64,000 bases of DNA from Ekhidna sp. (GCF_040223195.1 NZ_JAVKDX010000010.1:73982-137981); one strand, 5' to 3'. Counted from the stretch's first letter, positions 35,661 through 45,387 are shown. Translations and numbers: made by a program. Notes: generated from the letters alone by a model not told the origin.

Positions 35661-36179
35661 TTATTTCAATTTTTTCAGGGCTTCCCATCTGGGATCAGTG
35701 CTTTCTCCTTGCGACTCGTCACTGTTTTCAGAAACGTAAATCATTTCGTCAGTGTCAGCGTCGTTCTGGAATTTCGGATGCAATTTTTTCATCGGTATTT
35801 CCAGACTGATGGATTCGTACAAAAACATAGCGATGTTGATTTCCTGCTCTCCCTTCAAAATCACAAACACATCTTCACTCAATTCTTTTTCTTCATCTCC
35901 ATACTTGTAGATGACTTCTTTGGAAACTGAGATCGGGTAATCGAACAGTTCTAAACTGCGATCGCACTCCAGTTCAATCGATCCCTCAATCTGTAAATTG
36001 AGTGTGATCATCGAATCTGTTTTTGTCAAAATCACGTCACAAGAGCCCTTGCCCTTGCTTACCAGGCTGTTTTCAAAATGTGAAAAGAACTGATCGTCAA
36101 ACTTGAAATTGTAGTCATGAACCTTGTTACTCAGGCCAAAAATCTCAATTTTAAACGCTTTCAATTCCTTCATATCCAT
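35661..36179 (-). CDS. YceD/DUF177-family protein
   Basis: It sits in the conserved position upstream of rpmF and has an acidic C-terminus. I used the ATG at 36179 rather than the listed TTG at 36203. Confidence 0.75.
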   Translation of the reverse strand: MDMKELKAFKIEIFGLSNKVHDYNFKFDDQFFSHFENSLVSKGKGSCDVILTKTDSMITLNLQIEGSIELECDRSLELFDYPISVSKEVIYKYGDEEKELSEDVFVILKGEQEINIAMFLYESISLEIPMKKLHPKFQNDADTDEMIYVSENSDESQGESTDPRWEALKKLK

Positions 36180-36242
36180 CCGCTTCCCGGTAAAGACCCG
36201 CAAATTTAGATAGAATCCAAGTACTAGAAAAACTTTAGCTAA

Positions 36243-37286
36243 TTACTTTTTATCAGCGTTTTCATACCTATTCTCGTTGCGCTGACGGATAATGTCATTG
36301 GCCAGGTAGAGCGCATTTCGGAAGGAGGTAGGATCAGCCTGATTTTTACCAGCTATGGCAAAGGCTGTCCCATGGTCGGGTGAGGTACGTACAAAAGGTA
36401 GTCCGGCCGTATAATTCACGCCTTCCTCAAAGGCTAATGTCTTAAAAGGAATCAGTCCCTGATCGTGGTACATTGCCAATACGCCATCATACTGTTTGTA
36501 TGAGCCCATTCCAAAGAATCCATCGGCAGGAAAAGGACCGGATACAATATTGTGACCCTTCCTTACTTCCTCCATGGCGGGAATGAGTACTTTGATTTCT
36601 TCATCTCCCAATAATCCATTTTCCCCTGCATGAGGGTTAAGCCCCAGAACAGCAACCTTTGGTTTTTTGATGCCAAAATCCTTCTGCAGGGATTTGATCA
36701 TTTTTTGGAGTTTCGAAATGACTTTGTCCTTTGATACTTTTTTGCTTACCTCCTGGAGGGGGATATGCCCGGTAACAACACCAACCCGCAAACCATCGTG
36801 CACCAGAAACATCAGACTGTCAGATTCTCCTGCTTCCTGGGTGAGGTATTCGGTGTGACCTGGAAATTTAAAATCATCGGACTGCACAAGATCCTTGCTG
36901 AGGGGCGCAGTGGTGATGGCGTCAATTTTTCCTTCTTTCAAATCAGCCACAGCTTTTTGCAATGAAATTACTGCGTATTTCCCACCGATTTCATTGGCAT
37001 GGCCTGGTGTTATTTCCACCGCTTCATCCCACACATTAAGCACATTCACCTTTTTGTGTGCTACCTTATCAATGCTCGCGATCTGCTGAAAGTTGAAGGT
37101 CTCTTTGTCCAGGTTTTTACGATAAAAGGAAATCACCTTTGCAGATGAATAGATCACCGGAGTGAATAGACGCAGGATGCGATTATCCTCCAACGCCTTG
37201 ATTATTACCTCGGGACCAATTCCATTTATATCACCGATGGTGATTCCAATGACAGGTTTACTTTTTTTGTGTGAGGATTCACCCAT
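36243..37286 (-). CDS. pdxA: 4-hydroxythreonine-4-phosphate dehydrogenase
   Basis: Motifs GDINGIGPEV, NPHAGENG and VRTSPDHGTAF are present. I trimmed the ORF to the ATG at 37286, which removes the overlap with rsmA. Confidence 0.9.
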   Translation of the reverse strand: MGESSHKKSKPVIGITIGDINGIGPEVIIKALEDNRILRLFTPVIYSSAKVISFYRKNLDKETFNFQQIASIDKVAHKKVNVLNVWDEAVEITPGHANEIGGKYAVISLQKAVADLKEGKIDAITTAPLSKDLVQSDDFKFPGHTEYLTQEAGESDSLMFLVHDGLRVGVVTGHIPLQEVSKKVSKDKVISKLQKMIKSLQKDFGIKKPKVAVLGLNPHAGENGLLGDEEIKVLIPAMEEVRKGHNIVSGPFPADGFFGMGSYKQYDGVLAMYHDQGLIPFKTLAFEEGVNYTAGLPFVRTSPDHGTAFAIAGKNQADPTSFRNALYLANDIIRQRNENRYENADKK

Positions 37287-37356
37287 TTGCACAGTACTTT
37301 TATCAAAATTGAAGTTAATCCGAAAAATTCGACCAATTATATAAACACCAAAGAAG

Positions 37357-38112
37357 TTGTCAAGCGTAAAACCCAAAAAACATTTAGGCCAGCACTTTTT
37401 GAAGGATGAAAACATTGCCTTCAAAATTGTGGAGGCATTGAAGAATGATGCCGTTCTTCCTCTGCTGGAAATCGGCCCGGGTACCGGAGTGCTTACCAAA
37501 TATCTGATCCAGCACGAGGTGGATTTTTATGCGCTTGATGTGGACAAAGAATCCATCGAATACCTGAAGAACACATACCCAACCTTCGGATATCGGTTTA
37601 TACTTCAGGACTATCTGAAGTATGATGTTCCTTTTGATCGATTTAATGTCATTGGAAATTTTCCCTACAACATTTCCTCTCAGCTTTTTTTTAAAATCTG
37701 GGATGATCGAAGCAAGGTTGACGAGGTGGTCTGCATGATCCAAAAAGAAGTGGCTGATCGGATCTGTGCGAAGCACGGAAACAAAACCTACGGTATTCTG
37801 AGTGTTTTGCTTCAGGCGTTCTTCGATATCGAATATTTATTCAAAGTGTCACCTGGAGTTTTCAATCCGCCACCCAAGGTACAGTCTGCTGTAATCCGCC
37901 TGAAACGGAATGAAGTAACTCAACTACCATGCGATGAAAAGCGATTCAAGCAGGTAGTGAAGACCGGGTTTGGCAAGCGCAGGAAAACCTTGCGCAACGC
38001 CCTAAAAGACCTAAATTTGTCGGAATCTGCAAAAGCACTCGCCGAAATGGACCTGAGGGCTGAGCAGTTATCCGTTCAAGATTTTATCTCGCTTACCGAA
38101 AAAATTTCCTGA
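37357..38112 (+). CDS. rsmA: 16S rRNA (adenine1518/1519-N6)-dimethyltransferase
   Basis: Motifs KKHLGQHFL, EIGPGTG and GNFPYNISS are present. The start is TTG. Confidence 0.9.
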   Translation: MSSVKPKKHLGQHFLKDENIAFKIVEALKNDAVLPLLEIGPGTGVLTKYLIQHEVDFYALDVDKESIEYLKNTYPTFGYRFILQDYLKYDVPFDRFNVIGNFPYNISSQLFFKIWDDRSKVDEVVCMIQKEVADRICAKHGNKTYGILSVLLQAFFDIEYLFKVSPGVFNPPPKVQSAVIRLKRNEVTQLPCDEKRFKQVVKTGFGKRRKTLRNALKDLNLSESAKALAEMDLRAEQLSVQDFISLTEKIS

Positions 38113-38113
38113 C

Positions 38114-39478
38114 ATGGAAGCAGCAATGACTTTTGAATTATCTGTCGAATTCAAGGATCGGTTTCAGCAGGCCCTTGATGCTCAGGATACTGCTTTCATT
38201 AAATCCACCCTGGAGGGAGTAAACCCTGCGGATATTTCGGCCTTGCTGGATGAGTTTGACTCCAAGGAATGCAAGTATGTATTCGACCTTCTGCCCAGAG
38301 AGGTGGGGGCACGGATATTAGAAGACCTGGAGGAGGATGTTAGAGAAGAATTTTTGAAAGAATTCTCAGCGACTGATCTGGCTTCTTTTGTGGAGTTGAT
38401 GGATTCCGATGATGGCACAGATATACTCTATGAGATGTCGGTTACTGATCGTAATGAGGTGATTCGACAGATATCCGATGAAGAGAAAGCTTCCAACCTG
38501 ATGGAGCTTCTGGAATATGACGAAGATGTGGCTGGGGGGCTGATGGCAAAGGAGCTAATCAAAGCCAACATGAACTGGAACATTCTCCAGTGTATCGAGG
38601 AGATCAGAAAGCAGGCAGAGAATGTGGAGAAAATTTACTCTGTATATGTGGTAGATGATCATGACCGACTGGTGGGCAAAGTGGCGGTAAAGAACCTGAT
38701 CATTGCAAAATCTTCATCTAAGGTTGCAGATGTCTTCGATAGTCAACTTATATCTGTCGAGACCTCAACATCTGAAGATGAGGTTATTGACATCATGCAA
38801 AAATATGACTTGGAAGCAGTGCCTGTGGTGAATGCCCGTGGCAAGCTTGTGGGGCGTATCACCATTGATGACGTGATTGATGTAATCAAAGAGATCGCCG
38901 ATGAAGAAAGGCAGTTGATGACAGGTATGAGCTCCGATGTGGAGGAGGATGATACCGTATGGAAAATCTCACGTGCCCGGTTGCCGTGGTTGATCATCGG
39001 GATGGTAGGAGGGTTGGTGGGAGCACAGTTCATGGGCTTCTTTAAAGATGAGATTATCATCGTGCCGGCGTTAGCTTTTTTCATTCCACTTATTACTGCA
39101 TCGGGTGGTAACGTTGGAATTCAATCTTCCTCTATTGTGGTTCAGAGTTTGGCCAATCCCAATGTCTTTGCGGACAGTATGTGGAAGCGCCTCCTGAAAG
39201 TATTCATGGTGGCCATTGTCAATGGAGCCATTCTTTCGCTAATGGTTTTTGGTGCGGTGATCCTGGTGATGCGGGAGCAGCCCCTTGCGGCCACAGTAGC
39301 CATTGCTTTGTTTTCTGTGGTGCTGCTGGCCTCTTTCATGGGCACTATCACACCACTTTTACTTAATCGCTTTGGCGTAAATCCGGCACTGGCCTCAGGT
39401 CCGTTTATTACTACAACGAACGATTTGTTGGGTTTGGCTGTCTATTTCTCGACAGCACACCTACTGTATAATTTATGA
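38114..39478 (+). CDS. mgtE: Magnesium transporter MgtE
   Basis: It has an N-terminal acidic domain, a CBS pair and a 5-TM C-terminus with GGNVGIQSS and PFITTTNDLLGL. Confidence 0.9.
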   Translation: MEAAMTFELSVEFKDRFQQALDAQDTAFIKSTLEGVNPADISALLDEFDSKECKYVFDLLPREVGARILEDLEEDVREEFLKEFSATDLASFVELMDSDDGTDILYEMSVTDRNEVIRQISDEEKASNLMELLEYDEDVAGGLMAKELIKANMNWNILQCIEEIRKQAENVEKIYSVYVVDDHDRLVGKVAVKNLIIAKSSSKVADVFDSQLISVETSTSEDEVIDIMQKYDLEAVPVVNARGKLVGRITIDDVIDVIKEIADEERQLMTGMSSDVEEDDTVWKISRARLPWLIIGMVGGLVGAQFMGFFKDEIIIVPALAFFIPLITASGGNVGIQSSSIVVQSLANPNVFADSMWKRLLKVFMVAIVNGAILSLMVFGAVILVMREQPLAATVAIALFSVVLLASFMGTITPLLLNRFGVNPALASGPFITTTNDLLGLAVYFSTAHLLYNL

Positions 39479-40416
39479 CGACCAAGAAGCGAATTCTCAT
39501 CGCTGACGATATGCACGAATGCATCCTTCCACTACTCAAGGGGATGGGGTATGAGCCTGTATATATGCCTGTCATAGATCGGTCTGGTATCCTGGAAATT
39601 ATTGGTGGCTTTGATGGGCTGATCATTCGTAGCAAGGCTGCAGTAGATCGTGAGTTGATTGATGCAGGAAAAAATCTAAAGTTTGTGGCAAGGGCAGGGG
39701 CCGGAATGGACAAGGTGGACAAGGATTATCTCATTGTGAGGGGCATTAAGGCAATCAACGCTCCGGAGGGAAACAGAGATTCTCTTGGGGAACATACGCT
39801 GGGGATGTTGCTCTCATTGCTACACAAGATATCTTCAGCGCATCAGGAAATCAAGAATCATGTTTGGGATAGAGAAGGCAATCGGGGCATTGAGCTCAAG
39901 GGCAAGGTGGTAGGTATTTATGGTGTGGGAAATATGGGGATGTCATTTGCCCAAAAACTCAAGGGATTTGAATGTGAGATCATAGGATTTGATAAATACA
40001 AAGGAGAATTTGATGGAGGTTTCATTAAGAATGTGGAGTTGGATGAGTTGATGGAGCGGACGGAAATATTAAGTTTACACATTCCGCTCAATGATGAAAC
40101 CCGACAACTTTTTAATGAGACTTACCTTCGAAAATTTAAAAGTCTCAAAGTGTTGCTCAACACAGCGAGAGGTGAGGTGTTGGACACCTCGGCACTTATC
40201 AAGCTTTTGGAAGATGGGACACTCTATGGCGCAGGACTGGATGTTTTGGAAAATGAGAAATTGGAGAGCTATACTGATAAGGAAAAGGCTCTGTTGGACA
40301 AACTGACATCCCAACCCAATGTGCTCATTACGCCACACATTGGGGGGTGGACCTATGAGTCTTATCGGCGTATAAGCGAGGTAATCGCACAAAAAATCAA
40401 AGACGAGCTTTCATGA
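39475..40416 (+). CDS. D-isomer-specific 2-hydroxyacid dehydrogenase (phosphoglycerate dehydrogenase-like)
   Basis: The Rossmann motif GVGNMGMSFAQKL is present, along with NTARG and TPHIGG. Confidence 0.8.
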   Translation: MTTKKRILIADDMHECILPLLKGMGYEPVYMPVIDRSGILEIIGGFDGLIIRSKAAVDRELIDAGKNLKFVARAGAGMDKVDKDYLIVRGIKAINAPEGNRDSLGEHTLGMLLSLLHKISSAHQEIKNHVWDREGNRGIELKGKVVGIYGVGNMGMSFAQKLKGFECEIIGFDKYKGEFDGGFIKNVELDELMERTEILSLHIPLNDETRQLFNETYLRKFKSLKVLLNTARGEVLDTSALIKLLEDGTLYGAGLDVLENEKLESYTDKEKALLDKLTSQPNVLITPHIGGWTYESYRRISEVIAQKIKDELS

Positions 40417-40445
40417 GATTTTGTGTTTGAGGGGCAAATTCTATA

Positions 40446-40453
40446 TATATTTG
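40446..40453 (+). promoter_or_regulatory. Candidate -7 promoter box (TATATTTG) upstream of the greA leader
   Basis: This is an exact TAnnTTTG match. TTTG elements lie 16 and 22 nt upstream, at 40426-40429 and 40420-40423. Confidence 0.3.
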
Positions 40454-40480
40454 CATCATCAAAATATCAAAAGACGAGAA

Positions 40481-40510
40481 AACGGCTTCAATGTGAGGCC
40501 GTTATTTTTT
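40481..40510 (+). terminator. Strong intrinsic terminator 21 nt upstream of the greA start
   Basis: A 10-bp stem AACGGCTTCA / TGAGGCCGTT (one G-U pair) with a 3-nt loop is followed by ATTTTTTGTTT. Confidence 0.65.
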
Positions 40511-40531
40511 GTTTAAAGGGGTAATACCATT

Positions 40532-41002
40532 ATGGCAGTTAATTACTACACAAAAGAAGGTCTGGACAAACTCAAAGCAGAGTTGAACGAGCTTAAGACC
40601 AAAGGGAGAGCGGATATGGCAAAGCAAATTGCCGAGGCTCGTGACAAGGGAGATTTGAGTGAAAATGCTGAGTACGATGCAGCAAAAGAAGCTCAGGGGC
40701 TACTTGAATTGAAGATTTCCAAACTGGAAAAAGTGGTGGGAGATGCTCGTGTAATTGATGAGTCATCGATTGATACCTCCAAGGTTTCCATCCTTTCTAC
40801 GGTGAAAATCAAGAACAAGAAAACAAACATGGAAGTGACCTACCAGCTGGTGGCAGAGGAAGAGGCTGATCTGAAAAGTGGCAAGATCTCTGTACAGTCG
40901 CCAATCGGTAAAGGGCTGCTAGGAAAGAAAAAAGGTGAGAAGGCCATGATCAAAGTACCGGCCGGGGATATTGAGTTTGAAATTCTGGACATTTCCATCT
41001 GA
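40532..41002 (+). CDS. greA: Transcription elongation factor GreA
   Basis: Motifs YTKEGLDKLKAELNELK and DLSENAEYDAAKE are present in a 156-aa protein. Confidence 0.9.
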   Translation: MAVNYYTKEGLDKLKAELNELKTKGRADMAKQIAEARDKGDLSENAEYDAAKEAQGLLELKISKLEKVVGDARVIDESSIDTSKVSILSTVKIKNKKTNMEVTYQLVAEEEADLKSGKISVQSPIGKGLLGKKKGEKAMIKVPAGDIEFEILDISI

Positions 41003-41400
41003 TGGCAAGTATTTTCAGCAAGATCGTAGATCGTGAAATTCCTGCGCATATCGTAGCAGAGGACGACAACTACCTCGCATTTTTAGATATTAATCCACTG
41101 GTAGAGGGGCATACATTGGTGATTCCCAAAAAAGAGGTGGATTACGTGTTTGACCTGGATCATCAAACCTTGGCTGGCTTATTCTCTTTTTCCAAGGGAG
41201 TGGCTAAGGCAATCGAAAAGGTAGTGCCATGCGAGCGAATCGGTGTGTCGGTGATTGGCCTGGAAGTGCCCCATGCACACGTTCATCTGATCCCAATCAA
41301 TTCAGTTGATGACATGAACTTTAGCCGAATGAAACTCTCCCCAACCAAAGAAGAACTCGCTAAGACGGCTAAGAGGATTAATGAGGCTTACGGGAAGTAG
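41002..41400 (+). CDS. HIT-family hydrolase
   Basis: HTLVIPK and the histidine triad HAHVHLIP are present. Confidence 0.85.
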   Translation: MASIFSKIVDREIPAHIVAEDDNYLAFLDINPLVEGHTLVIPKKEVDYVFDLDHQTLAGLFSFSKGVAKAIEKVVPCERIGVSVIGLEVPHAHVHLIPINSVDDMNFSRMKLSPTKEELAKTAKRINEAYGK

Positions 41401-41403
41401 GAG

Positions 41404-41901
41404 TTAGTAGCAAGTAGTTGGTAGTTGGATGTTAGATATTGGATCCACCGGAAGGTGGGTTTTTTGTTTGAAAAGTCGTCCTTCGACGATCACGCGTATT
41501 TTGTTAATGTCCGCATTAAAAACCCCTTCAGGCATATTAAGTGCATAAACCCAGTTTTGTTCTTCATGATAAAGCGCCATCATATCCAGGGAGCCCGTGA
41601 TACTTTGCGTAATCTTGCAATAGACGCAGGAATATTTCTCATCCCAGATTTTGGCCAGCCACTCGTGGGCTTCAGCCTTGATGGGGAAGTCGGGGTAGGG
41701 TTTGCCTTCGATATCGCAAATTATTTCCATCACTGCCGGGATGTTCCAATCGTAAAACGCAGGAAGTTGTCCCCGGGCAGCTTCACATAAATTCCTTATT
41801 TCCTCTTCTGGCACTCCCAGGGCTTTTACTTTGGCATTGGGGTCTTCGGTTTGTGCCGGCAGGGTGAGGGGGAGCAGGAGTAGAATGGTTAGGTATCTCA
41901 T
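41404..41901 (-). CDS. Secreted hypothetical protein
   Basis: The signal peptide is MRYLTILLLLPLTLPAQ. Confidence 0.55.
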   Translation of the reverse strand: MRYLTILLLLPLTLPAQTEDPNAKVKALGVPEEEIRNLCEAARGQLPAFYDWNIPAVMEIICDIEGKPYPDFPIKAEAHEWLAKIWDEKYSCVYCKITQSITGSLDMMALYHEEQNWVYALNMPEGVFNADINKIRVIVEGRLFKQKTHLPVDPISNIQLPTTCY

Positions 41902-42242
41902 TGGACATAGGTGATTTTTCGTACTTGTCTAATTTATATAATATCCCTCAAATCCATTTTGCGGGGAAACCAACCCGGCGGTTTTTGATCCCTAAATTGC
42001 TTTATCAGGTAACGAAAGTAAATACCTAATTGGGGGTATTTTGCTCGATGCATGGGGAATCCAAACAAAAGGAAAAGAAAAACAACCTCCTTGACCTTCC
42101 GAAACCATGGTTTTCAGATTTCAAATCTGAAAAATTGGCGGTTGGATATTAATTAGATATACCGGAAGTAGTTTTTTTGTTTTATTCCATCTTGAAAATC
42201 TATTCTCACAGAAAATCGTTATTTTGTAAAAAACTTTTAAGG

Positions 42243-42470
42243 ATGAACAGTGTCTCTGATTTACAAGTACAACTACATCAAGTTATTGATAGCATACAGG
42301 ATGAAGAAAAACTGATGGCTATACACACAATTTTAAAAGGTTCATCAGGCCCATTCTCATCAATGACCATGGATGAGTATATCAATTTTATTGACGAATC
42401 AAGAGACCAAATAAGAGCGGGGAGATTCACCTCTGTTGAAGATTTGGAAAAGGAATCTGACAATTGGTGA
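42243..42470 (+). CDS. Putative antitoxin of the ParE/RelE module
   Basis: The 75-aa acidic protein starts at the ATG at 42243. Its stop overlaps the toxin start. Confidence 0.55.
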   Translation: MNSVSDLQVQLHQVIDSIQDEEKLMAIHTILKGSSGPFSSMTMDEYINFIDESRDQIRAGRFTSVEDLEKESDNW

Positions 42471-42775
42471 GAAAGAAAAAAGTAATATGGTCTGAAAGAG
42501 CTAAAAAGTCTCTAAAGTATCATCATGACTTTATAAAGCAAGATTCCAAGGTGGCAGCACAAAGAGTCAAAAAAGAAATCATAGACGCTTCCAAATCACT
42601 AAATGAACATCCTGAGAAGTATCAGCTAGATGAATATTACACCAATAATCCCGGAAACATCCGAAGATATTTTAAGTGGAGTTACAGGATTGTTTATCAG
42701 GTAAGTGATGAGACAATTGATATATTGAATGTCATCCACACGAGTCAAGAGCCTAATAAAGATTTAACTCTGTAA
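42464..42775 (+). CDS. RelE/ParE-family type II toxin
   Basis: The protein is about 100 aa, with VIWSERAKKSL...WSYRIVYQVSDETIDILNVIHTSQ typical of the family. The start is TTG or GTG and overlaps the upstream ORF. Confidence 0.75.
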   Translation: MVRKKKVIWSERAKKSLKYHHDFIKQDSKVAAQRVKKEIIDASKSLNEHPEKYQLDEYYTNNPGNIRRYFKWSYRIVYQVSDETIDILNVIHTSQEPNKDLTL

Positions 42776-42781
42776 GTATTT

Positions 42782-43336
42782 TTACTTCACCCTACCCGGA
42801 TTATCTGCAATAAACGATTTCCAGCTTTTCTTTCCTGCGTTGGGGATTCCTGATTTGGAGGAATAGTGATGACAAATCGCAACCGCAAGTGCATCTGTAG
42901 CATCCATGAGTTTAGGAGCGTCTTCGAACTTCAGGAGCATCTGGATCATGTTTGCAACTTGCTCTTTACTAGCATTGCCATTTCCGGTTACCGATTGCTT
43001 CACCTTTTTCGGAGCGTACTCATGAATGGGCATATTACGATTGAGGGCTGCAGCCATCGCCACGCCCTGCGCACGACCCAGCTTTAGCATAGACTGCACA
43101 TTTTTTCCAAAGAATGGAGCCTCCAGTGCTACTTCATCGGGAAGGTATTCTTTGAGGAGCTCAGTTACCCGCTCAAAGATTTTCTTTAGTTTGATTTCGT
43201 GGTTTTTGTATTTATTGAGATGGATCACCCCAAACTGGATTACATTCATTTTCTCACCTTTGCAGTGGATCAGCCCATATCCCATTACATTCGTACCCGG
43301 GTCTATGCCTAAAATGATTCGCTCTTTTATCGCCAC
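42782..43336 (-). CDS. ruvC: Crossover junction endodeoxyribonuclease RuvC
   Basis: The catalytic motif ILGIDPGTNVMGYG lies at the N-terminus. The start is GTG. Confidence 0.9.
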   Translation of the reverse strand: MAIKERIILGIDPGTNVMGYGLIHCKGEKMNVIQFGVIHLNKYKNHEIKLKKIFERVTELLKEYLPDEVALEAPFFGKNVQSMLKLGRAQGVAMAAALNRNMPIHEYAPKKVKQSVTGNGNASKEQVANMIQMLLKFEDAPKLMDATDALAVAICHHYSSKSGIPNAGKKSWKSFIADNPGRVK

Positions 43337-43338
43337 AG

Positions 43339-44241
43339 ATGCAAATTAAGAACAACCATTCAAACTACCTTCAAAACGCATGGCTCATTGGAGCGATCAA
43401 AGTGGTAGTATTAGCTGGCTGCCTCTACTTCATTCTCTCAAAGCTTCAAGACCAATCAATCAGACTCACTGATTTTGTATGGCCCGGTTCGTTCGAATTT
43501 ATCGTTGCACTTGTTCTTTTCCTGATGGTTTTTAATTGGTATCTGGAGGCTCTGCGATGGAGAATGTCTGTAAAAACTTTTGAATCCATCTCCATGAATG
43601 GAGCCTGGAGAGCTATCCTTGGCGGACTTGCGCTTAATTGGGTTCTGCCTTTCACCTCGGGTGATTTGATAGCCAGAATAGAACCACAAAAGGACAGGCA
43701 TCAATCCACTGCCGCCGCTATGATGAATCGGGGAATCATGTTGTGCTTCACCGCGGTGCTTGGGCTTTATGGCGTGAGTAAATTAGCTGTCAGCTACGAA
43801 TGGAAAGGCTGGCTGACCGGCCTGGGTTTTCTTGTGATGTCAGCGGGTGTATTTGCTTTCAAGAAACCTCTCCGAAAATTTCTCATCTACTTCCGAAAAT
43901 TGAAGCCATCGACCTTTCTTCAAATCACTTTGATCTCCTTCATCCGTTATGCGGTTTTCGTCTTGCAGTTTTATTTGCTGTTGTCGACATTTTTGCCGGA
44001 TTTATCAGCTGAGCTACTATTTGCCGGTATCGGTTGGATTTTTCTGATTCGTTCGATGCTACCCTTGTTTTTCGGAGGTGTAGGAGTGAGGGAGGCCTCT
44101 GGTATTTTGTTTTTTGAGCCGCATGTTGCGAACCTACAGTTGGTGATTGTCCCGATCTTTTTCATTTGGATCATTAATACCGTCATCCCCTCATTCATCG
44201 GGCTGATCTTCATACTTCGCTATAAGACCCTATCTGCTTAG
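43339..44241 (+). CDS. Flippase-like / lysylphosphatidylglycerol-synthase TM-region (UPF0104-like) membrane protein
   Basis: It is a 300-aa polytopic protein adjacent to a GT2 gene. The family assignment rests on overall resemblance only. Confidence 0.5.
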   Translation: MQIKNNHSNYLQNAWLIGAIKVVVLAGCLYFILSKLQDQSIRLTDFVWPGSFEFIVALVLFLMVFNWYLEALRWRMSVKTFESISMNGAWRAILGGLALNWVLPFTSGDLIARIEPQKDRHQSTAAAMMNRGIMLCFTAVLGLYGVSKLAVSYEWKGWLTGLGFLVMSAGVFAFKKPLRKFLIYFRKLKPSTFLQITLISFIRYAVFVLQFYLLLSTFLPDLSAELLFAGIGWIFLIRSMLPLFFGGVGVREASGILFFEPHVANLQLVIVPIFFIWIINTVIPSFIGLIFILRYKTLSA

Positions 44242-44277
44242 GTATGATTGTCGGATTATTCGGGTTAACATTGCGCG

Positions 44278-45387
44278 ATGATCTTTTTGATTGGCGGATT
44301 CACTTTACTTAATGTGCTTTTCTACCTGAGACTGGCTCAGGGATGGAGCAGAATTCCCTCCGTTTCGGCGCATGAAAAAATGATTCCTTTTTCGGTGATC
44401 ATCCCGGTTCGAAACGAAGAGCAAACAATCGATCGGATTTTAAGTCACCTGGCAAAGCAGGACTATCCTAAGGATCTTTTTGAAGTCATTATAGTGGATG
44501 ATTTTTCCGAGGATCACACGGTACAAAAAGTGATTCAGGCAACTGACGCATTGGATATTGCTGTTCGGTCAGTACAGTTGGAGGATCGGGAAAAGCAGGG
44601 GAAGAAACACGCTCTGACTAAAGGTATCTTGGAAGCCACTCACGAAACCATCCTCACCACTGATGCGGATTGCTGGTTTGGGAAAAACTGGATTCGATCA
44701 TATAATGATGCATTTGACGAATCCACCAATATGGTCGCCGGGCCTGTGGCGATCAGGGGAAAGGGCTTGTTTGCCCGATTGCAGCAGGTAGAGTTTTCAG
44801 GATTGATGGGTTTTGGGGCAGTCACCATCTCCGATGAAAACCCCAGCATGTGTAGCGGGGCAAACCTGGGCTTTCGCAAACGAGCATTCGAGGAGGTAGG
44901 CGGATATACCAATAACCTCTTCACACCTTCCGGTGACGATGAGTTTTTGCTCTTCAACATTATGAGAAAATTCCCGCACTCCACGCACTTCTTGAAAAAC
45001 CCAGAAGCAGTGGTGAGCACTGCTGCCCATCCCAGTTTGCGAGGGTTCATCAATCAGCGTACTCGCTGGACAAGCAAGTGGAAGCACAACAGAAACCGGA
45101 AAGTGCGCGTGAGTGCCGTGCTTTTCTTTTTAGATTACCTCTTCTTTTATGTGGGCATCTTTGGAGCTATTGTTGGTTGGTTCAATCCGCTCTGGATGAG
45201 TGGAATTGTGCTGCTGCGGTTCATTGCTATGTTGACTTTTGTGGCACCCGTCAATCGGTTTGTTCTGGGGAAAAACGCCTTTTTGCCATTGCTCATCTTT
45301 CAATTTATTTATCCATTGCATGTCTTATTCATGGGGATGAATTCTATCTTTGGTTCATACACCTGGAAAGGAAGGAAATACGGATGA
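44278..45387 (+). CDS. Membrane-embedded processive family-2 glycosyltransferase (D,D,D,QxxRW type)
   Basis: Motifs FSVIIPVRNEE, VDDFSED, TDADC, GDDE and QRTRW are present. TM segments flank the domain on the N- and C-terminal sides. Confidence 0.85.
   Translation: MIFLIGGFTLLNVLFYLRLAQGWSRIPSVSAHEKMIPFSVIIPVRNEEQTIDRILSHLAKQDYPKDLFEVIIVDDFSEDHTVQKVIQATDALDIAVRSVQLEDREKQGKKHALTKGILEATHETILTTDADCWFGKNWIRSYNDAFDESTNMVAGPVAIRGKGLFARLQQVEFSGLMGFGAVTISDENPSMCSGANLGFRKRAFEEVGGYTNNLFTPSGDDEFLLFNIMRKFPHSTHFLKNPEAVVSTAAHPSLRGFINQRTRWTSKWKHNRNRKVRVSAVLFFLDYLFFYVGIFGAIVGWFNPLWMSGIVLLRFIAMLTFVAPVNRFVLGKNAFLPLLIFQFIYPLHVLFMGMNSIFGSYTWKGRKYG

Noticed and set aside
37287-37499. The 5' extension of the pdxA ORF (36243..37499).
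   Set aside because: The extension has no similarity to PdxA and overlaps the divergent rsmA gene. The ATG at 37286 precedes the conserved GITIGDINGIGPEV N-terminus.
45078-45383. The 5' part of ORF 45078..45638.
   Set aside because: It lies inside the GT2 gene in another frame and is Cys/Leu-rich junk. Only the ATG-initiated 84-aa part downstream of the GT2 stop is plausible.
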